From NCBI GenBank assembly GCA_963798845.1, contig CAWCUS010000004.1, positions 451,781 through 515,780 on the forward strand: a stretch of 64,000 bases of DNA, in the 5' to 3' direction. Both the position numbers and the translations under genes were made by a program. Below are positions 49,787 through 59,855 of this stretch, piece by piece (position 1 is the first letter of the stretch; each line of letters opens with the position of its first letter). A model generated the notes under the pieces. The model saw only the letters and a program-made list of their open reading frames with translations. It was not told the origin of the DNA and searched no databases. This DNA comes from an uncultured Gemmatimonadales bacterium. Lineage in GTDB: Bacteria > Gemmatimonadota > Gemmatimonadetes > Longimicrobiales > RSA9.

Positions 49787-51078
49787 AGGCGATCCGCCCC
49801 GAGCACTTCTTCCTCGTTCTGATCGCCATACTCGTCTTCGGCAAGGGGATCGGCGAGATCGCCGAGCGGATCGGCCAGCCCGCGGTCCTCGGCGAGCTGG
49901 TGGCCGGCGTCCTCCTCGGCGCCAGCGTCCTCGGCGTCATCCCCGCCGGCGGGCCGATGGCCGAGATGATCACGCTCCTCGCCGAGGTCGGTGTGGCCAT
50001 TCTCCTCTTCGAGATCGGATTGGAGACCGACCTCCGCGAGATGTTCCGCGTGGGCACGTCCGCCACCATGGTGGCCGTCGTGGGCGTGACCGTTCCGTTC
50101 GCCCTCGGCTTCCTGTACTGGTTCACTCTCCGTCCGGCCATCGGCACCCACCCGGGCGACATCACCGACACCATCGTCGCCATCTTCGCGGGCGCCACGC
50201 TCACCGCCACCTCCGTGGGCATCACGGCCCGCGTCCTCACCGACCTCGGCCGCATCCACACCCGCGAGGCGAGGATCATCATCGGCGCGGCCGTGGTCGA
50301 CGACGTCCTGGGCCTCGTGATCCTGGCCATTGTCAGCGGGCTGGCTTCCGGCGCCGCCCTGAGCCCGTTCGGCATCGCCCGCACGTTCTTCATCGCGGTC
50401 GGCTTCCTGGTCGCCGCCGTCATCGTCGGGAACTGGGTTGCGCCGCGCGTATTCGGAGTCATCGACCAGCTGCGCGTCCGGGGCGTTCTCCTGGTGGGCG
50501 CCTTCTCCTTCGCGCTCCTCTTCGGCGCGCTCGCCGGCCTCGCCGGCTCCGCCATGATCATCGGCAGCTTCGCCGCCGGGATCGTCCTCAGCTCCACCAA
50601 CCAGTTCGACGTCATCGAGGACCGCATCAAGCCCGTCGCCGACATCTTCACTCCGATCTTCTTCGTCTCCGTCGGCGCTTCCGTGAACGTCCGCCTCTTC
50701 CTCCCCTGGACGGCCGACTTCAACTGGGGCGTGCTCATGGTCGGCGGCGTGCTCCTGGTCATCGCCGTCGTCGGCAAGGTGGTGGCCGGCTACAGCGTGG
50801 GGTGGGGGAAGCACAGGCTGAACCACCTGGCCGTGGGCGTGGGCATGATCCCACGCGGCGAGGTGGGGCTCATCTTCGCCCAGCTCGGGCTGAACCAGCA
50901 CATCCTTTCCTCCGAGGTGTTCAGCGCCGTGCTCATCATGGTCATCTTCACCACGTTCATCTCCCCGCCGCTGCTCAAGCTGATCTTCCACGACGAGCAT
51001 TCCGGCGACGCCGCGGCGGGACTCCCCGTGCACCCCGGCGCCGCGGACGTCGAGACCGCCCGCGCCCGCTGGTCCTGA
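49780..51078 (+). CDS. Cation:proton antiporter (CPA2)
   Basis: [25 protein letters not shown] and MIPRGEVG motifs. Confidence 0.92.
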   Translation: MVEAIRPEHFFLVLIAILVFGKGIGEIAERIGQPAVLGELVAGVLLGASVLGVIPAGGPMAEMITLLAEVGVAILLFEIGLETDLREMFRVGTSATMVAVVGVTVPFALGFLYWFTLRPAIGTHPGDITDTIVAIFAGATLTATSVGITARVLTDLGRIHTREARIIIGAAVVDDVLGLVILAIVSGLASGAALSPFGIARTFFIAVGFLVAAVIVGNWVAPRVFGVIDQLRVRGVLLVGAFSFALLFGALAGLAGSAMIIGSFAAGIVLSSTNQFDVIEDRIKPVADIFTPIFFVSVGASVNVRLFLPWTADFNWGVLMVGGVLLVIAVVGKVVAGYSVGWGKHRLNHLAVGVGMIPRGEVGLIFAQLGLNQHILSSEVFSAVLIMVIFTTFISPPLLKLIFHDEHSGDAAAGLPVHPGAADVETARARWS

Positions 51079-51079
51079 G

Positions 51080-51571
51080 ATGACGGCCCCCCCCACGTCG
51101 CCCGAGGAGAAGGTGCTGCAGCGCAGCGCGCTGCTCGCGCGCTTCGGCCGCCCTCGCGACGGTCGTCTCGTCTTCACCAACGGCTGCTTCGATCTCCTGC
51201 ACCGGGGTCACGTCGCCTACCTGTTCGCCGCGCGCGCCCTCGGCGATGCCCTCGTCGTCGGAGTGAATGCCGACGACTCCGTCCGCCGCCTCAAGGGGCC
51301 CGGCCGCCCCATCGTGCCCCTCGAGGACCGGCTCTTCGTCCTCGCCGGGCTCGGCTGCGTGGATGCGGTGGTTCCGTTCGGCGAGGACACGCCGCGCGAG
51401 CTCATCGCCGCGCTGCTGCCGGACGTGCTCGTGAAGGGCGGCGACTATCGCGCGGACGACGTGGTCGGCGCCCGCGAAGTCCGGGAAGCGGGCGGCGACG
51501 TCATCATCCTCCCCTTCGTCCGGGGGCGCTCCACCACACAGCTCATTCAACGCCTGGAGGACCGTGCCTGA
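51080..51571 (+). CDS. rfaE2: D-glycero-beta-D-manno-heptose-1-phosphate adenylyltransferase
   Basis: [28 protein letters not shown] and STT motifs. Confidence 0.93.
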   Translation: MTAPPTSPEEKVLQRSALLARFGRPRDGRLVFTNGCFDLLHRGHVAYLFAARALGDALVVGVNADDSVRRLKGPGRPIVPLEDRLFVLAGLGCVDAVVPFGEDTPRELIAALLPDVLVKGGDYRADDVVGAREVREAGGDVIILPFVRGRSTTQLIQRLEDRA

Positions 51572-52283
51572 ACCGCGCAGCGACCGCACCAATGACGACC
51601 TCCGACCCATCACCCTCGAGCGAGGGGCGGCCCCCTTCGCCGAAGGCTCCTGTCGCGTCCGCTTCGGCCGGACCGAGGTGCTCTGCACGGCTTCCGTCCA
51701 GCCCGACGTGCCGGGGTGGCGGAAGGGGAGCGGGCTCGGCTGGGTCACCGCCGAGTACGCCATGCTCCCGCGCTCCACGCAGACGCGGACGGGACGCGAG
51801 CGCTTCCGCCTCGGCGGCCGGACCCAGGAGATCCAGCGTCTCATCGGCCGCTCCCTCCGCGCGGCCATGGATCTCGCCGCCCTCGGCGAGCGCCAGATCA
51901 TCGTCGACTGCGACGTCCTCGTGGCCGACGGAGGCACCCGCACCGCCGCCATCACCGGCGGGGCCGTGGCGCTCGCAGACGCTTGCGCCTGGCTCGTGAC
52001 GCGCGGACACGTGGCCGCGTCCCCGATGCGCGAGTTCGTCGCGGCGGTGAGCGTCGGGGTGGTGGGCGGCGAGCCGCGCCTCGACCTGGAGTACGTCGAG
52101 GACGTGGCCGCGGAAGTGGACATGAACGTGGTCATGCTGGAGGGCGGCGGCCTCGTCGAGGTGCAGGGAACGGGAGAGCAGGGCACGTTCACGCGCGCCG
52201 AGCTCGACCAGCTCCTCGACCTCGCCACGGCCGGCATCCGCGACCTCCACCGCCGCCAGGGCCACGCGCTCGCCCGGCCATGA
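51564..52283 (+). CDS. rph: Ribonuclease PH
   Basis: [35 protein letters not shown] and EVQGTGE motifs. Confidence 0.97.
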   Translation: MPEPRSDRTNDDLRPITLERGAAPFAEGSCRVRFGRTEVLCTASVQPDVPGWRKGSGLGWVTAEYAMLPRSTQTRTGRERFRLGGRTQEIQRLIGRSLRAAMDLAALGERQIIVDCDVLVADGGTRTAAITGGAVALADACAWLVTRGHVAASPMREFVAAVSVGVVGGEPRLDLEYVEDVAAEVDMNVVMLEGGGLVEVQGTGEQGTFTRAELDQLLDLATAGIRDLHRRQGHALARP

Positions 52284-52918
52284 GCACCACCCTCGTCCTC
52301 GCCACCCGCAGCGCCCACAAGGCCGCCGAGATCGAACGCATCCTGGCGCCGCTCGGGATTCACGTGCAGACGCTCGCCGAGCTCGGCGTCCAGCCCCTCG
52401 AGGAGGAGGACGCCATCGAGATCCACGACACCTTCCGCGCCAACGCCGCGGCCAAGGCCATCTACTTCGCCTCCAGGCTTCAGCGCCCCGTCCTCGCCGA
52501 CGACTCCGGGCTGCGTGTCGACGCCCTCGGCGGCGAGCCCGGCGTCCGCACCAAGCGCTTCTCCGGACGCGACGACCTCTCCGGCTCCGAGCTCGACCGG
52601 GCCAACAACGCGCTGCTCCTCCAGCGCCTCGACGGCGTGCCCGATGAGCGGCGTGGCGCCCGCTACGTCTGCGCCGCGGTGCTCGGCTGGTCCGACGGGC
52701 GCACCCTGTGCGCCACCGGCACCGTCACGGGCCGGATCGCCCCCACGCCGGCCGGGCGCGCCGGCTTCGGCTACGACCCGCTCTTCTTCGTCCCGACGCT
52801 CGGCGCCCGCTTCGCCGAGGTGGATCCTGCCGCCAAGGATGCCATGAGCCACCGCGCCCGGGCGTTCCGCGCCCTGGCTTCGGCACTGGAAGCCGCGCCG
52901 TGGTCGCTGTTACCTTGA
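52280..52918 (+). CDS. rdgB: Non-canonical purine NTP pyrophosphatase (RdgB/HAM1)
   Basis: [25 protein letters not shown] and SHRARAF motifs. Confidence 0.95.
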   Translation: MSTTLVLATRSAHKAAEIERILAPLGIHVQTLAELGVQPLEEEDAIEIHDTFRANAAAKAIYFASRLQRPVLADDSGLRVDALGGEPGVRTKRFSGRDDLSGSELDRANNALLLQRLDGVPDERRGARYVCAAVLGWSDGRTLCATGTVTGRIAPTPAGRAGFGYDPLFFVPTLGARFAEVDPAAKDAMSHRARAFRALASALEAAPWSLLP

Positions 52919-53067
52919 TGCTGCAAACACTCGAACTGCGCGGACCCATGGCCCGATACATCAAGATTCTCGCGTTCGCCCTCGCGGGCGTGCTCGTTGC
53001 CCGCTTCCTCGTCCTCGGGCTCGATGCCATAGGGGAGGCGGCCGAGCGGCGCTCGCTGCGCGCCTGA
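52918..53067 (+). CDS. Small single-TM hypothetical protein
   Basis: TGATG overlap with the rdgB stop (alternative ATG at 52948); hydrophobic ILAFALAGVLVARFLVLGL. Confidence 0.45.
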   Translation: MLQTLELRGPMARYIKILAFALAGVLVARFLVLGLDAIGEAAERRSLRA

Positions 53068-53325
53068 GCCGACGGTCCGTCGAACGTACGCTCGCCCGCG
53101 CAGCTTCGGGCACAGGTCACGAAGGAACCCCGGATTCGCTTTGTTTGGATTGCTTCTCGTCGCCGCGCGCCTGCTCGGTGGAGCCGATGTTGCCGCCGCC
53201 CGGACACTCCCGTTTCAGCACGCGCATAACGACCGCGGCGACGCGGAGTTCCGCGCCCTCATGGAGCGGACCCGAGACTGGACGATCCGCTCGCAGCTGT
53301 TCATGGTGAAAGGCGACGGCGCCTG

Positions 53326-53745
53326 ATGGAGCTCCGCTTCGCGCTCCTCGCCGACCACATCACCGAGACCCGCGACGGCAAGCTGGTCCTGATCGGGGAG
53401 TTCGACGGCCTCATGCTGTCCGACCTCCAGAAGCCGTTCCCTCGCCTCAGCCTCGTCGCCCGCTTCGAGGCCGACGACGCCGAAGGCTCCGACCACCGGC
53501 TCCAGATCGGCTGCTTCGACGACGACGGCTCAGCCGTCCTCCCGCTCTCCCCGGAGCTCCACCTCCGCTTCCACCCCCTCGGGCCGGGGCGGGGAAGCCG
53601 GGGGCAGGTCATCATGAACTTCGATCACGTGCTCTTCCCCCGCTACGGCGAGTACTCCTTCCGGCTCCTGGTGGACGGCCATCTCGCCGGCCGCGTCCCT
53701 CTCCACGTCTCCTCCCCTCCGCGGCCATCCGGCGTCCTGCACTGA
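53326..53745 (+). CDS. Hypothetical protein (DUF6941-like)
   Basis: FALLADH...DGKLVLIGEFD N-terminus; FPRYGEYSFRLLVDG C-terminus. Confidence 0.65.
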   Translation: MELRFALLADHITETRDGKLVLIGEFDGLMLSDLQKPFPRLSLVARFEADDAEGSDHRLQIGCFDDDGSAVLPLSPELHLRFHPLGPGRGSRGQVIMNFDHVLFPRYGEYSFRLLVDGHLAGRVPLHVSSPPRPSGVLH

Positions 53746-53821
53746 TGCCGCCGGCCATCCACACCGGGCGCCCGCTTCTGCCTCCGCCGGGGACCTGCGG
53801 CACAGCCGGACAGCGGGTATC

Positions 53822-55084
53822 TTGGGGGTCCCGGCTCATCGGACATCTCGGCGGAGGCTCGTGGTAGGCAAGCGGCTGTTGTTCCTCGGCGATTCACTTC
53901 CGTACCCTGCGGACCGCGGTCTCGCGCTCCGGAGCTACCACGTGCTGCGCCTGCTCGCGTCCCGCTACGACGTGGACGCGCTCTTCTTCCATCACAGGGA
54001 TGACCCGACGCAGATGCCGCTGCACGACCGCGTGCGGCACCTCCAGGAGCTCGCGCGCGTCGAGGTTTTCCCGCTCCCGGGCGAGTCGAGTGCGCGGCGA
54101 CGCATCCGGGACCGGGTGCTCAGCTCCTTCGTGCGTCGCACGATCACGCGCTGGCAATACGACGACCCCCGCTTCCGCCGCCGCGTCCTGGAGCTGCGGC
54201 TCGAGCACGACCCCCGCATCGTCCACGTGGATCGGATCACGCTCAACCGTTACCTGCCGCTCCTCGAGGGGAACACGGTCGTCCTCACACACCACCGCGT
54301 GGAGAGCCAGTCCCTCGCGCTCCGCGCCGAGCTGGCGCAGGGGACCGAGCGACGCTTCCTCCAGCGCCAGGCCCGGTGGATGGAGGATGCCGAGCGCTTC
54401 TGGATGCCGCGGGCCACGCTCAACGTGGCGCGCTCCGAGCACGACCGCGGCGCCCTCGCGCAGCTCGCCCCCGACGCCGCCCTGGAGGCCTGGCCCGATG
54501 GCGTCGACATCCGCCACTTCACCCCGGCCCGCGGCACAGGCAAGGGCCTCGCCTACGTCGGCGGCGCCGAGCGAACCCGCGACCGCGACGCGCTGGAGTA
54601 CTTCGCCACGCGGATCCTCCCGCGGCTGCGCAGCATCAGCGGCATGCAGGCGCTGGAGCCGATCGCGTGGGTCGGGAGCGCGAACGAGCCGGACCGCCGC
54701 CGCTACCGGGAGATCGGAATCGACCTCACCGGCTACGTCGAGGACATCCGCCCCGTCGTCCGGCCCGCCGCATGCTACATCGTCCCGATCCGCATCGCCG
54801 GCGGCGCCCGCTTCAAGGTCCTCCTCGCCTGGGCCATGGGGAAGGCAGTGGTCAGCACCTCGGCCGGGTGCGAGGGGCTCGAGGCCGTCAATGGCCGCAA
54901 TATCCTCATCCGCGACGATCCCGACGCCTTCGCCCGCGCCGTCGCCGACATCCTCGAGGACCGCGACCTCCGCGCCCGGCTGGGCGAGGCCGGCCGCACC
55001 ACCGTCGAGGACCGCTACAGCTGGGACCTCATCGGCAAGGACATGCTCGCCCGCTACGAGGCGCTGGAGCACGCGAGGCCTTGA
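53822..55084 (+). CDS. Glycosyltransferase family 4
   Basis: LPYPADRG, GYVEDIRP, PIRIAGGARFKVL, AMGKAVVST and YSW motifs; start uncertain (53822 or ~53862). Confidence 0.85.
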   Translation: MGVPAHRTSRRRLVVGKRLLFLGDSLPYPADRGLALRSYHVLRLLASRYDVDALFFHHRDDPTQMPLHDRVRHLQELARVEVFPLPGESSARRRIRDRVLSSFVRRTITRWQYDDPRFRRRVLELRLEHDPRIVHVDRITLNRYLPLLEGNTVVLTHHRVESQSLALRAELAQGTERRFLQRQARWMEDAERFWMPRATLNVARSEHDRGALAQLAPDAALEAWPDGVDIRHFTPARGTGKGLAYVGGAERTRDRDALEYFATRILPRLRSISGMQALEPIAWVGSANEPDRRRYREIGIDLTGYVEDIRPVVRPAACYIVPIRIAGGARFKVLLAWAMGKAVVSTSAGCEGLEAVNGRNILIRDDPDAFARAVADILEDRDLRARLGEAGRTTVEDRYSWDLIGKDMLARYEALEHARP

Positions 55085-55425
55085 GCCGGTAGCGGGGAGC
55101 AGGGATCACCGCGTGACTTCGCCGGCTCGGTTCCGCCAACCGCCGCCCCATCGGTGCCGCGCGCACCGAAGTCCGTGACCTGTTCACTGCGGGTGGTCCG
55201 ATCCAGCAGTTCGACGGGATCTGGGCACTCCGGCGATCAAAGTCCCTATGGCCGCGATCCTCACCACCACGTGCACCAGCACGTATTCGGTGGATCTGTA
55301 ATCTCTCGTTGTGGCTGCGTTAGGACGGCAACGCTCAGGCGGATGGGCTTGTGCCGCACGCGTGGCGGCCTCGACTCACGCGCTGCCAGCCCTGCAGCGG
55401 CTATGTACCGGAGCGGGCCACCCGG

Positions 55426-55749
55426 TCACCACGGCTTGGCCGGCTCGATCCAACCGGGCGGGCCGGGCTCCTTCTCCGGGGTGGGCGGAGCGCCCGGCTC
55501 GTCCTCCCACGCCTCGTCATACTGCTCTTCCTCCTCTCTCCTCCTCCTCCTCCTCCTCCTCTCTTCTTCTTCTTCTTCTTCTTCCTCCTCCTCCTCCTCC
55601 TCCTCCTCCTCCTCCTCCTCCTCGAACGTCCACGGGTCCGGCCACCACGCCTCGAGCCCCCAGCCGGGGGCGGTCGTGGACTTTCCCTCCGGACACTGCG
55701 CTCGCGCAGCGGCCAGGGGCGTGCGGACCTCAGGTGACGGTTCGGTCAT
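55426..55749 (-). CDS. Possible small acidic poly-Glu protein
   Basis: GAAGGGGAG RBS before the ATG; overlaps the end of the upstream gene; Trp/Pro-rich flanks around the Glu tract. Confidence 0.35.
   Translation of the reverse strand: MTEPSPEVRTPLAAARAQCPEGKSTTAPGWGLEAWWPDPWTFEEEEEEEEEEEEEEEEEEEEERRRRRRRREEEEQYDEAWEDEPGAPPTPEKEPGPPGWIEPAKPW
55525..55623. repeat. 99-nt pure polypyrimidine/polypurine microsatellite ((CTC)n/(TTC)n)
   Basis: Only C and T on the + strand from 55525 to 55623. Confidence 0.95.
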
Positions 55750-56266
55750 GCTCCCCTTCCGGGACGAAGAAATGGTCGTCGGGTAGCTCGCTTCGGATAA
55801 TCGCCTCACAGCGATCACGCAGCCGGGGGTTGAGCCGGGGGTCGACGTAGCTTGTGGCGATCTCCTGCTGTTTCCGCAGGAGCCGTCGCAGCTGCTCGCG
55901 CTCCACCTCGCCGTAGCGCTGTCGGTCCTCGATGTCGTGGATCAGGTCGCGCAGGTCGAAACCCAGGCCTTTGTAGCGCGTCACCCTCTCCTCCAGCTTC
56001 CGGATCCGCTCGGAGGGCTTGGCCACGGGTTGGTAAATGGCCAGGAGCGCCGCGACCGCGCCCAGCGCCTTCCAGAGCGCGCCGTCGAGCAGGTCGGAGA
56101 AGACCCACACGCCGCCCAGCGCAGATGACGCGGCGGCGGCGAGGACGATCTCGACCCAGAAGTTGCGGCGGGTAACCGCCGCGAGCTGCCAGCGGTAATA
56201 CTCGGTGTTGAGGCGGACCGTTCGATAGAGGTCGTAGACCTGCCAGACGGGCTCTCTGCGGGACAC
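55730..56266 (-). CDS. 2-TM protein resembling SLATT-type effectors
   Basis: N-terminal helix, two TM segments (FWVEIVLAAAASSALGGVWVF; LWKALGAVAALLAIYQP) and a charged C-terminal helix; GGAGG RBS before GTG 56266. Confidence 0.6.
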   Translation of the reverse strand: MSRREPVWQVYDLYRTVRLNTEYYRWQLAAVTRRNFWVEIVLAAAASSALGGVWVFSDLLDGALWKALGAVAALLAIYQPVAKPSERIRKLEERVTRYKGLGFDLRDLIHDIEDRQRYGEVEREQLRRLLRKQQEIATSYVDPRLNPRLRDRCEAIIRSELPDDHFFVPEGEHDRTVT

Positions 56267-56306
56267 GAATCGCACCTCCCGGCCGCGGTAGGGAGCTCGG
56301 TCCTAC

Positions 56307-56335
56307 TCGTTATGTGGCGGACGCGCCGGTGTCAA
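56307..56335 (-). promoter_or_regulatory. Putative sigma70 promoter of the 2-TM gene
   Basis: TTGACA-N17-TAACGA on the minus strand; the -10 box is weak. Confidence 0.4.
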
Positions 56336-56612
56336 GTGCACCGGCACGCGGCATCCGCGTGCGGTTTTCGCCCTGCCAAACCGCAGCCACCGGCCTCGGG
56401 GCTGGCGGCCTGGAGTGCTTTCAACCCCGGACGGAGCGGCCTCCCGGGCGGAAACGCTGGGGCCCACCCGCGCCTAGGCGTCGGAACGCGCTCATGTTAC
56501 CTTCTGTGCCACCACTTCTGGCACCGTTTCGCCGCTGCGCAGCGGTTCTTGACGCAGTTTCAGAAACGGTGGCTCCGCAAGAACAGCGGAAGAGGTTGAA
56601 ATAGAAGGACTT

Positions 56613-56686
56613 CGGGGCGTGGCGCAGTCCGGTAGCGCACCTGCTTTGGGAGCAGGGGGTCGCCGGTTCGAATCCGGCCGCCCCGA
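56613..56686 (+). tRNA. tRNA-Pro (anticodon TGG); CCA not encoded
   Basis: CGGGGCG/CGCCCCG acceptor stem; CCTGC-TTTGGGA-GCAGG anticodon arm; GCCGG-TTCGAAT-CCGGC T-arm. Confidence 0.96.
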
Positions 56687-56731
56687 CTCGGTTTTTTCCC
56701 TCGACGCTCACTCCGCCTGAAGGGGTGTGCC

Positions 56732-56935
56732 ATGGCTGCGACCCTCGCTTTTCTCCAGGCCGCCGTCGAATACGGTGCGGCCGTGGGCGCCGCGGCGAAC
56801 GGCAGCTCCGGAAACGGCGCGCTGCTGCACCGGGGCGCGGACCTCGTGATCGACAACCCCGTCGCGGTTCTCATCGCGCTCGCCACGCTCCTCGTTCTGG
56901 CCGCTCTCGCGGCGACCCGCGGCTACCGGTCCTGA
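56732..56935 (+). CDS. Small hypothetical membrane protein
   Basis: GAAGGGG RBS; C-terminal TM segment PVAVLIALATLLVLAALAA. Confidence 0.5.
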   Translation: MAATLAFLQAAVEYGAAVGAAANGSSGNGALLHRGADLVIDNPVAVLIALATLLVLAALAATRGYRS

Positions 56936-57006
56936 GCTTTCTGGAGCCGTCCCAGGCCTTCATTCCCGACCTGAACGCTCGCGCATCCCGTCCCTCGAAC
57001 GGGACC

Positions 57007-57057
57007 TTGCCCTCTCCCGGTGTGTATCTTACCGTGTCGTTAGACCGATCGGTCGAA
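57007..57057 (+). promoter_or_regulatory. Sigma70-like promoter with a TetR-type operator palindrome near +1
   Basis: TTGCCC (57007)-N17-TACCGT (57030); perfect palindrome GACCGATCGGTC (57043-57054) just upstream of the tetR gene. Confidence 0.65.
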
Positions 57058-57082
57058 CCGCGAAGTTGAGAGCCGGCGGAGC

Positions 57083-57724
57083 ATGGCACGGAACCGATTC
57101 GACAACCTGGAGCTGGACCGGCAGGAGGCGATCCTGGCCGCTGCGGCGGAGGAGTTCGCGCTGCGCGGCTACACGGGTGCGTCGCTGAGCCGGATCATCG
57201 AGCAGGCGGGGATCAGCAAGGGGTCGCTGTACTACTACTTCGACGACAAGGAAGACCTGTTCGCGACGGTGGTGGCGGTGGTGATCGATCGGCTGCTGGA
57301 GGCGGTGGGTGGTTTCGGGCTGGACGCGGTGACTGCATCGTCGTACTGGGAGTGGATGCGGGAGATGGCGCTGCGCAGTGTCGCGCTCCTGAGCGAGGAC
57401 CGGTGGGACGTGCGGCTCGCGATGGCGTTTCCGCGGCTGCGGGCGGAGCCGGAGGCGGCGGACGCGGTGCGGCCGGCGCTGGAGTGGGCGACGCAGATGA
57501 CGACGGGTGTGCTGTCGCGGGGACGGGAGCTCGGGGTGGTGAGGCGTGATCTGCCGCTGGGCCTCCTGGTGGAGGTGACGATGGCGGCCGATGATGCCGC
57601 GGATCGCTGGCTTGCGGAGCACCGGGAGGACTACGACCAGGCCGGCCTCCGTGGCCTGATCGAGGCGCGGACGGACCTGATGCGGGACATGCTGGACGCG
57701 GAGAACGAAGGGTGGGAGCGATGA
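57083..57724 (+). CDS. TetR/AcrR family transcriptional regulator
   Basis: HTH motif EEFALRGYTGASLSRIIEQAGISKGSLYYYFDDKEDLF. Confidence 0.95.
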   Translation: MARNRFDNLELDRQEAILAAAAEEFALRGYTGASLSRIIEQAGISKGSLYYYFDDKEDLFATVVAVVIDRLLEAVGGFGLDAVTASSYWEWMREMALRSVALLSEDRWDVRLAMAFPRLRAEPEAADAVRPALEWATQMTTGVLSRGRELGVVRRDLPLGLLVEVTMAADDAADRWLAEHREDYDQAGLRGLIEARTDLMRDMLDAENEGWER

Positions 57725-58548
57725 CACGACGAAGTGCGCGGGCGGGCAGGTCGTGGTGGGCGGGCGCGTCGGTTGTGGCGTGGCTGGCGGTGGGCGCGGG
57801 AGTTCCGGCCGTCGCCGCGCTGGCGGTGATTCCGGCGAGGGCGAGCGCCCAGGAGCCGAAGCTGCCGTCCGTGAAGGAGGTGACGGATTACCTGGACGAG
57901 CTCTACCGGTCCGAATCGTCGCACGCGGTGATGACGATGACGGTCGTTCGGGAGCGTGGGACGCGCGAGCTGACCATGGAGATGTGGTCGAGGGGCCAGG
58001 ACGATGCGCTCATCGTGATACGGTCGCCCGCGCGCGAGGCGGGCACGGCCACGCTCATGACGGACGAGGGGATGTGGAACTACGCGCCGAGGGCCGACCG
58101 GCTGATCCGGATCCCGACGGGACTGCTGTCGGAGAGCTGGATGGGGAGCCATTTCAGCAACGACGACCTGATGCGTGAGACGAAGTACGACGAGGACTAC
58201 GACAGCGAGGTGGCGTGGGTCACGCGCGACGGGGAGCGCTATCTCCAGGTCACGCTCACCCCGAAGCCCAATGCGCCCGTGGTGTACACGAAGGTCCTTT
58301 TCCTCCTCAGGCCGGAGAAGTGGACGCCGGAGGCGGAGGAGTTCTACGACCAGGGCCAGCTGATCCGCACGATGCGCTTCGATGACGTCCGGACCGTGGC
58401 CGGGAAGCCGCTGCCCTTCCGGATGGTGCTCCAGCCGACGGACGCGCCGGACGAGCGCACGGTGGTGCAGTACGACAAGCTGGAGCTGGACGTGCCGGTC
58501 TCGACGGACCTGTTCACGCGGCGGGGCTTGCGGCGAGTGGCGCAATGA
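57721..58548 (+). CDS. Outer-membrane lipoprotein-sorting (LolA-like) periplasmic protein
   Basis: Signal peptide; SPAREAGTATL, SWMGSHFSNDDL and DLFTRRGL motifs. Confidence 0.85.
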   Translation: MTRRSARAGRSWWAGASVVAWLAVGAGVPAVAALAVIPARASAQEPKLPSVKEVTDYLDELYRSESSHAVMTMTVVRERGTRELTMEMWSRGQDDALIVIRSPAREAGTATLMTDEGMWNYAPRADRLIRIPTGLLSESWMGSHFSNDDLMRETKYDEDYDSEVAWVTRDGERYLQVTLTPKPNAPVVYTKVLFLLRPEKWTPEAEEFYDQGQLIRTMRFDDVRTVAGKPLPFRMVLQPTDAPDERTVVQYDKLELDVPVSTDLFTRRGLRRVAQ

Positions 58549-59855
58549 TCTCGTTCAAGCTGGGGCTGCGGAACCTGTTCCGTAACCGCTGGCGGAGCGG
58601 GCTCACGCTGGCGGCGATCTCGGTGGCCGTGGCCGTCATGGTCTGGACGCTGGGGTTTTACGCGGGCTGGCTGGACGAGATGGTGCGCGGCGCCACCGCG
58701 GTGGAGGTGACGCAGGCGCAGGTCCACACGGCCGCCTACGTGGAGGCACCGCGCAGCTATCGCACGTTCCCGTTCGACAGCGCCCGCCTCGACAGCATCC
58801 TCGCCGTCCCGGGCGTGGTGGCGGTGAGCCCCCGCGCCGAGCTGACCGGGCTGGTAGGGAACGAGGAGCGGTCGCAGGTCGCGCGCATCATCGGCGTGCG
58901 GCCGGACCTCGAGGCCGCGGCCACGCCGGTGCCGCGCGCGCTCACCGCCGGCCGCTGGCTGTCGCCCGATCCGGCGCCGTATCCGGCGCCGCGCGAGGCG
59001 GTGATCGGTGAAGGCGTGGCGCAGCAGCTCCGCGTGGGCGTGGACGACGAGCTCGTCGTGTTCCTGGAAGCGGCCGACGGGTCTCTCGGCAACGAGCTGC
59101 TGCGCGTGGTCGGCATCGTCCATACCGGCAACACCCAGGTGGACCGGATGGCGGCGTACGTCCACCTTTCCGACGCCCAGAACATGGGCGCGCTGGGCGA
59201 CGGCATTCACGAGATCGCGATCCGCGCCGCCGACCTCGAGCGCGCGCCGGAGCTCGCCATGGCCGTGGCCGCCGCCATCGGCGCGTTCGCGGGTACGCCG
59301 CCCGACTCGGCGGTGGAGCGCGGCGAGATGCCGGGCGACGACCTGGTCGTCCAGCCGTGGCAGGAGATCGTGCCTTCCATCAACCAGATGGTCATCCTCT
59401 TCCGCCAGTCCTACTGGTTCATGTACCTGCTCATCTACCTCGTGGCCGCAATCGGGATCCTGAACACGCAGCGCATGAGCGCGCTGGAGCGGCGCCGGGA
59501 GTTCGGCGTGCTGATGGCGATCGGGATGCGGCCGCGCCGCATGTTCCGCACGCTGGTCGTGGAGACGGTGGTCCTCGGCACGGTGGGGGCGCTCATGGGC
59601 GCCCTCGTGGGCGGGCTGGCCACCTGGTATTTCGCCGCGAAGGGGCTGGACATGGGGCTCCTCACCAGCTCCGGAAACGCGAGCTTCTCCTTCATGGGCG
59701 TGGCGTTTTCGGACCGTCTCTACTTCGGCCTGTATCCGGGCGCCGTGATCCAGCCGGTGGTCGTGATGCTCGTCGTGGCCGGCGTCAGCGGCCTGTGGCC
59801 GGCGATCAGGGCCGCACGCATCGACCCCGCGCCCACCATCGCCGGGAGGACGTGA
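58545..59855 (+). CDS. ABC transporter permease, FtsX/LolCE/MacB-like
   Basis: RNLFRNRWRS and ERRREFGVLMAIG motifs; large periplasmic domain. Confidence 0.9.
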   Translation: MISFKLGLRNLFRNRWRSGLTLAAISVAVAVMVWTLGFYAGWLDEMVRGATAVEVTQAQVHTAAYVEAPRSYRTFPFDSARLDSILAVPGVVAVSPRAELTGLVGNEERSQVARIIGVRPDLEAAATPVPRALTAGRWLSPDPAPYPAPREAVIGEGVAQQLRVGVDDELVVFLEAADGSLGNELLRVVGIVHTGNTQVDRMAAYVHLSDAQNMGALGDGIHEIAIRAADLERAPELAMAVAAAIGAFAGTPPDSAVERGEMPGDDLVVQPWQEIVPSINQMVILFRQSYWFMYLLIYLVAAIGILNTQRMSALERRREFGVLMAIGMRPRRMFRTLVVETVVLGTVGALMGALVGGLATWYFAAKGLDMGLLTSSGNASFSFMGVAFSDRLYFGLYPGAVIQPVVVMLVVAGVSGLWPAIRAARIDPAPTIAGRT

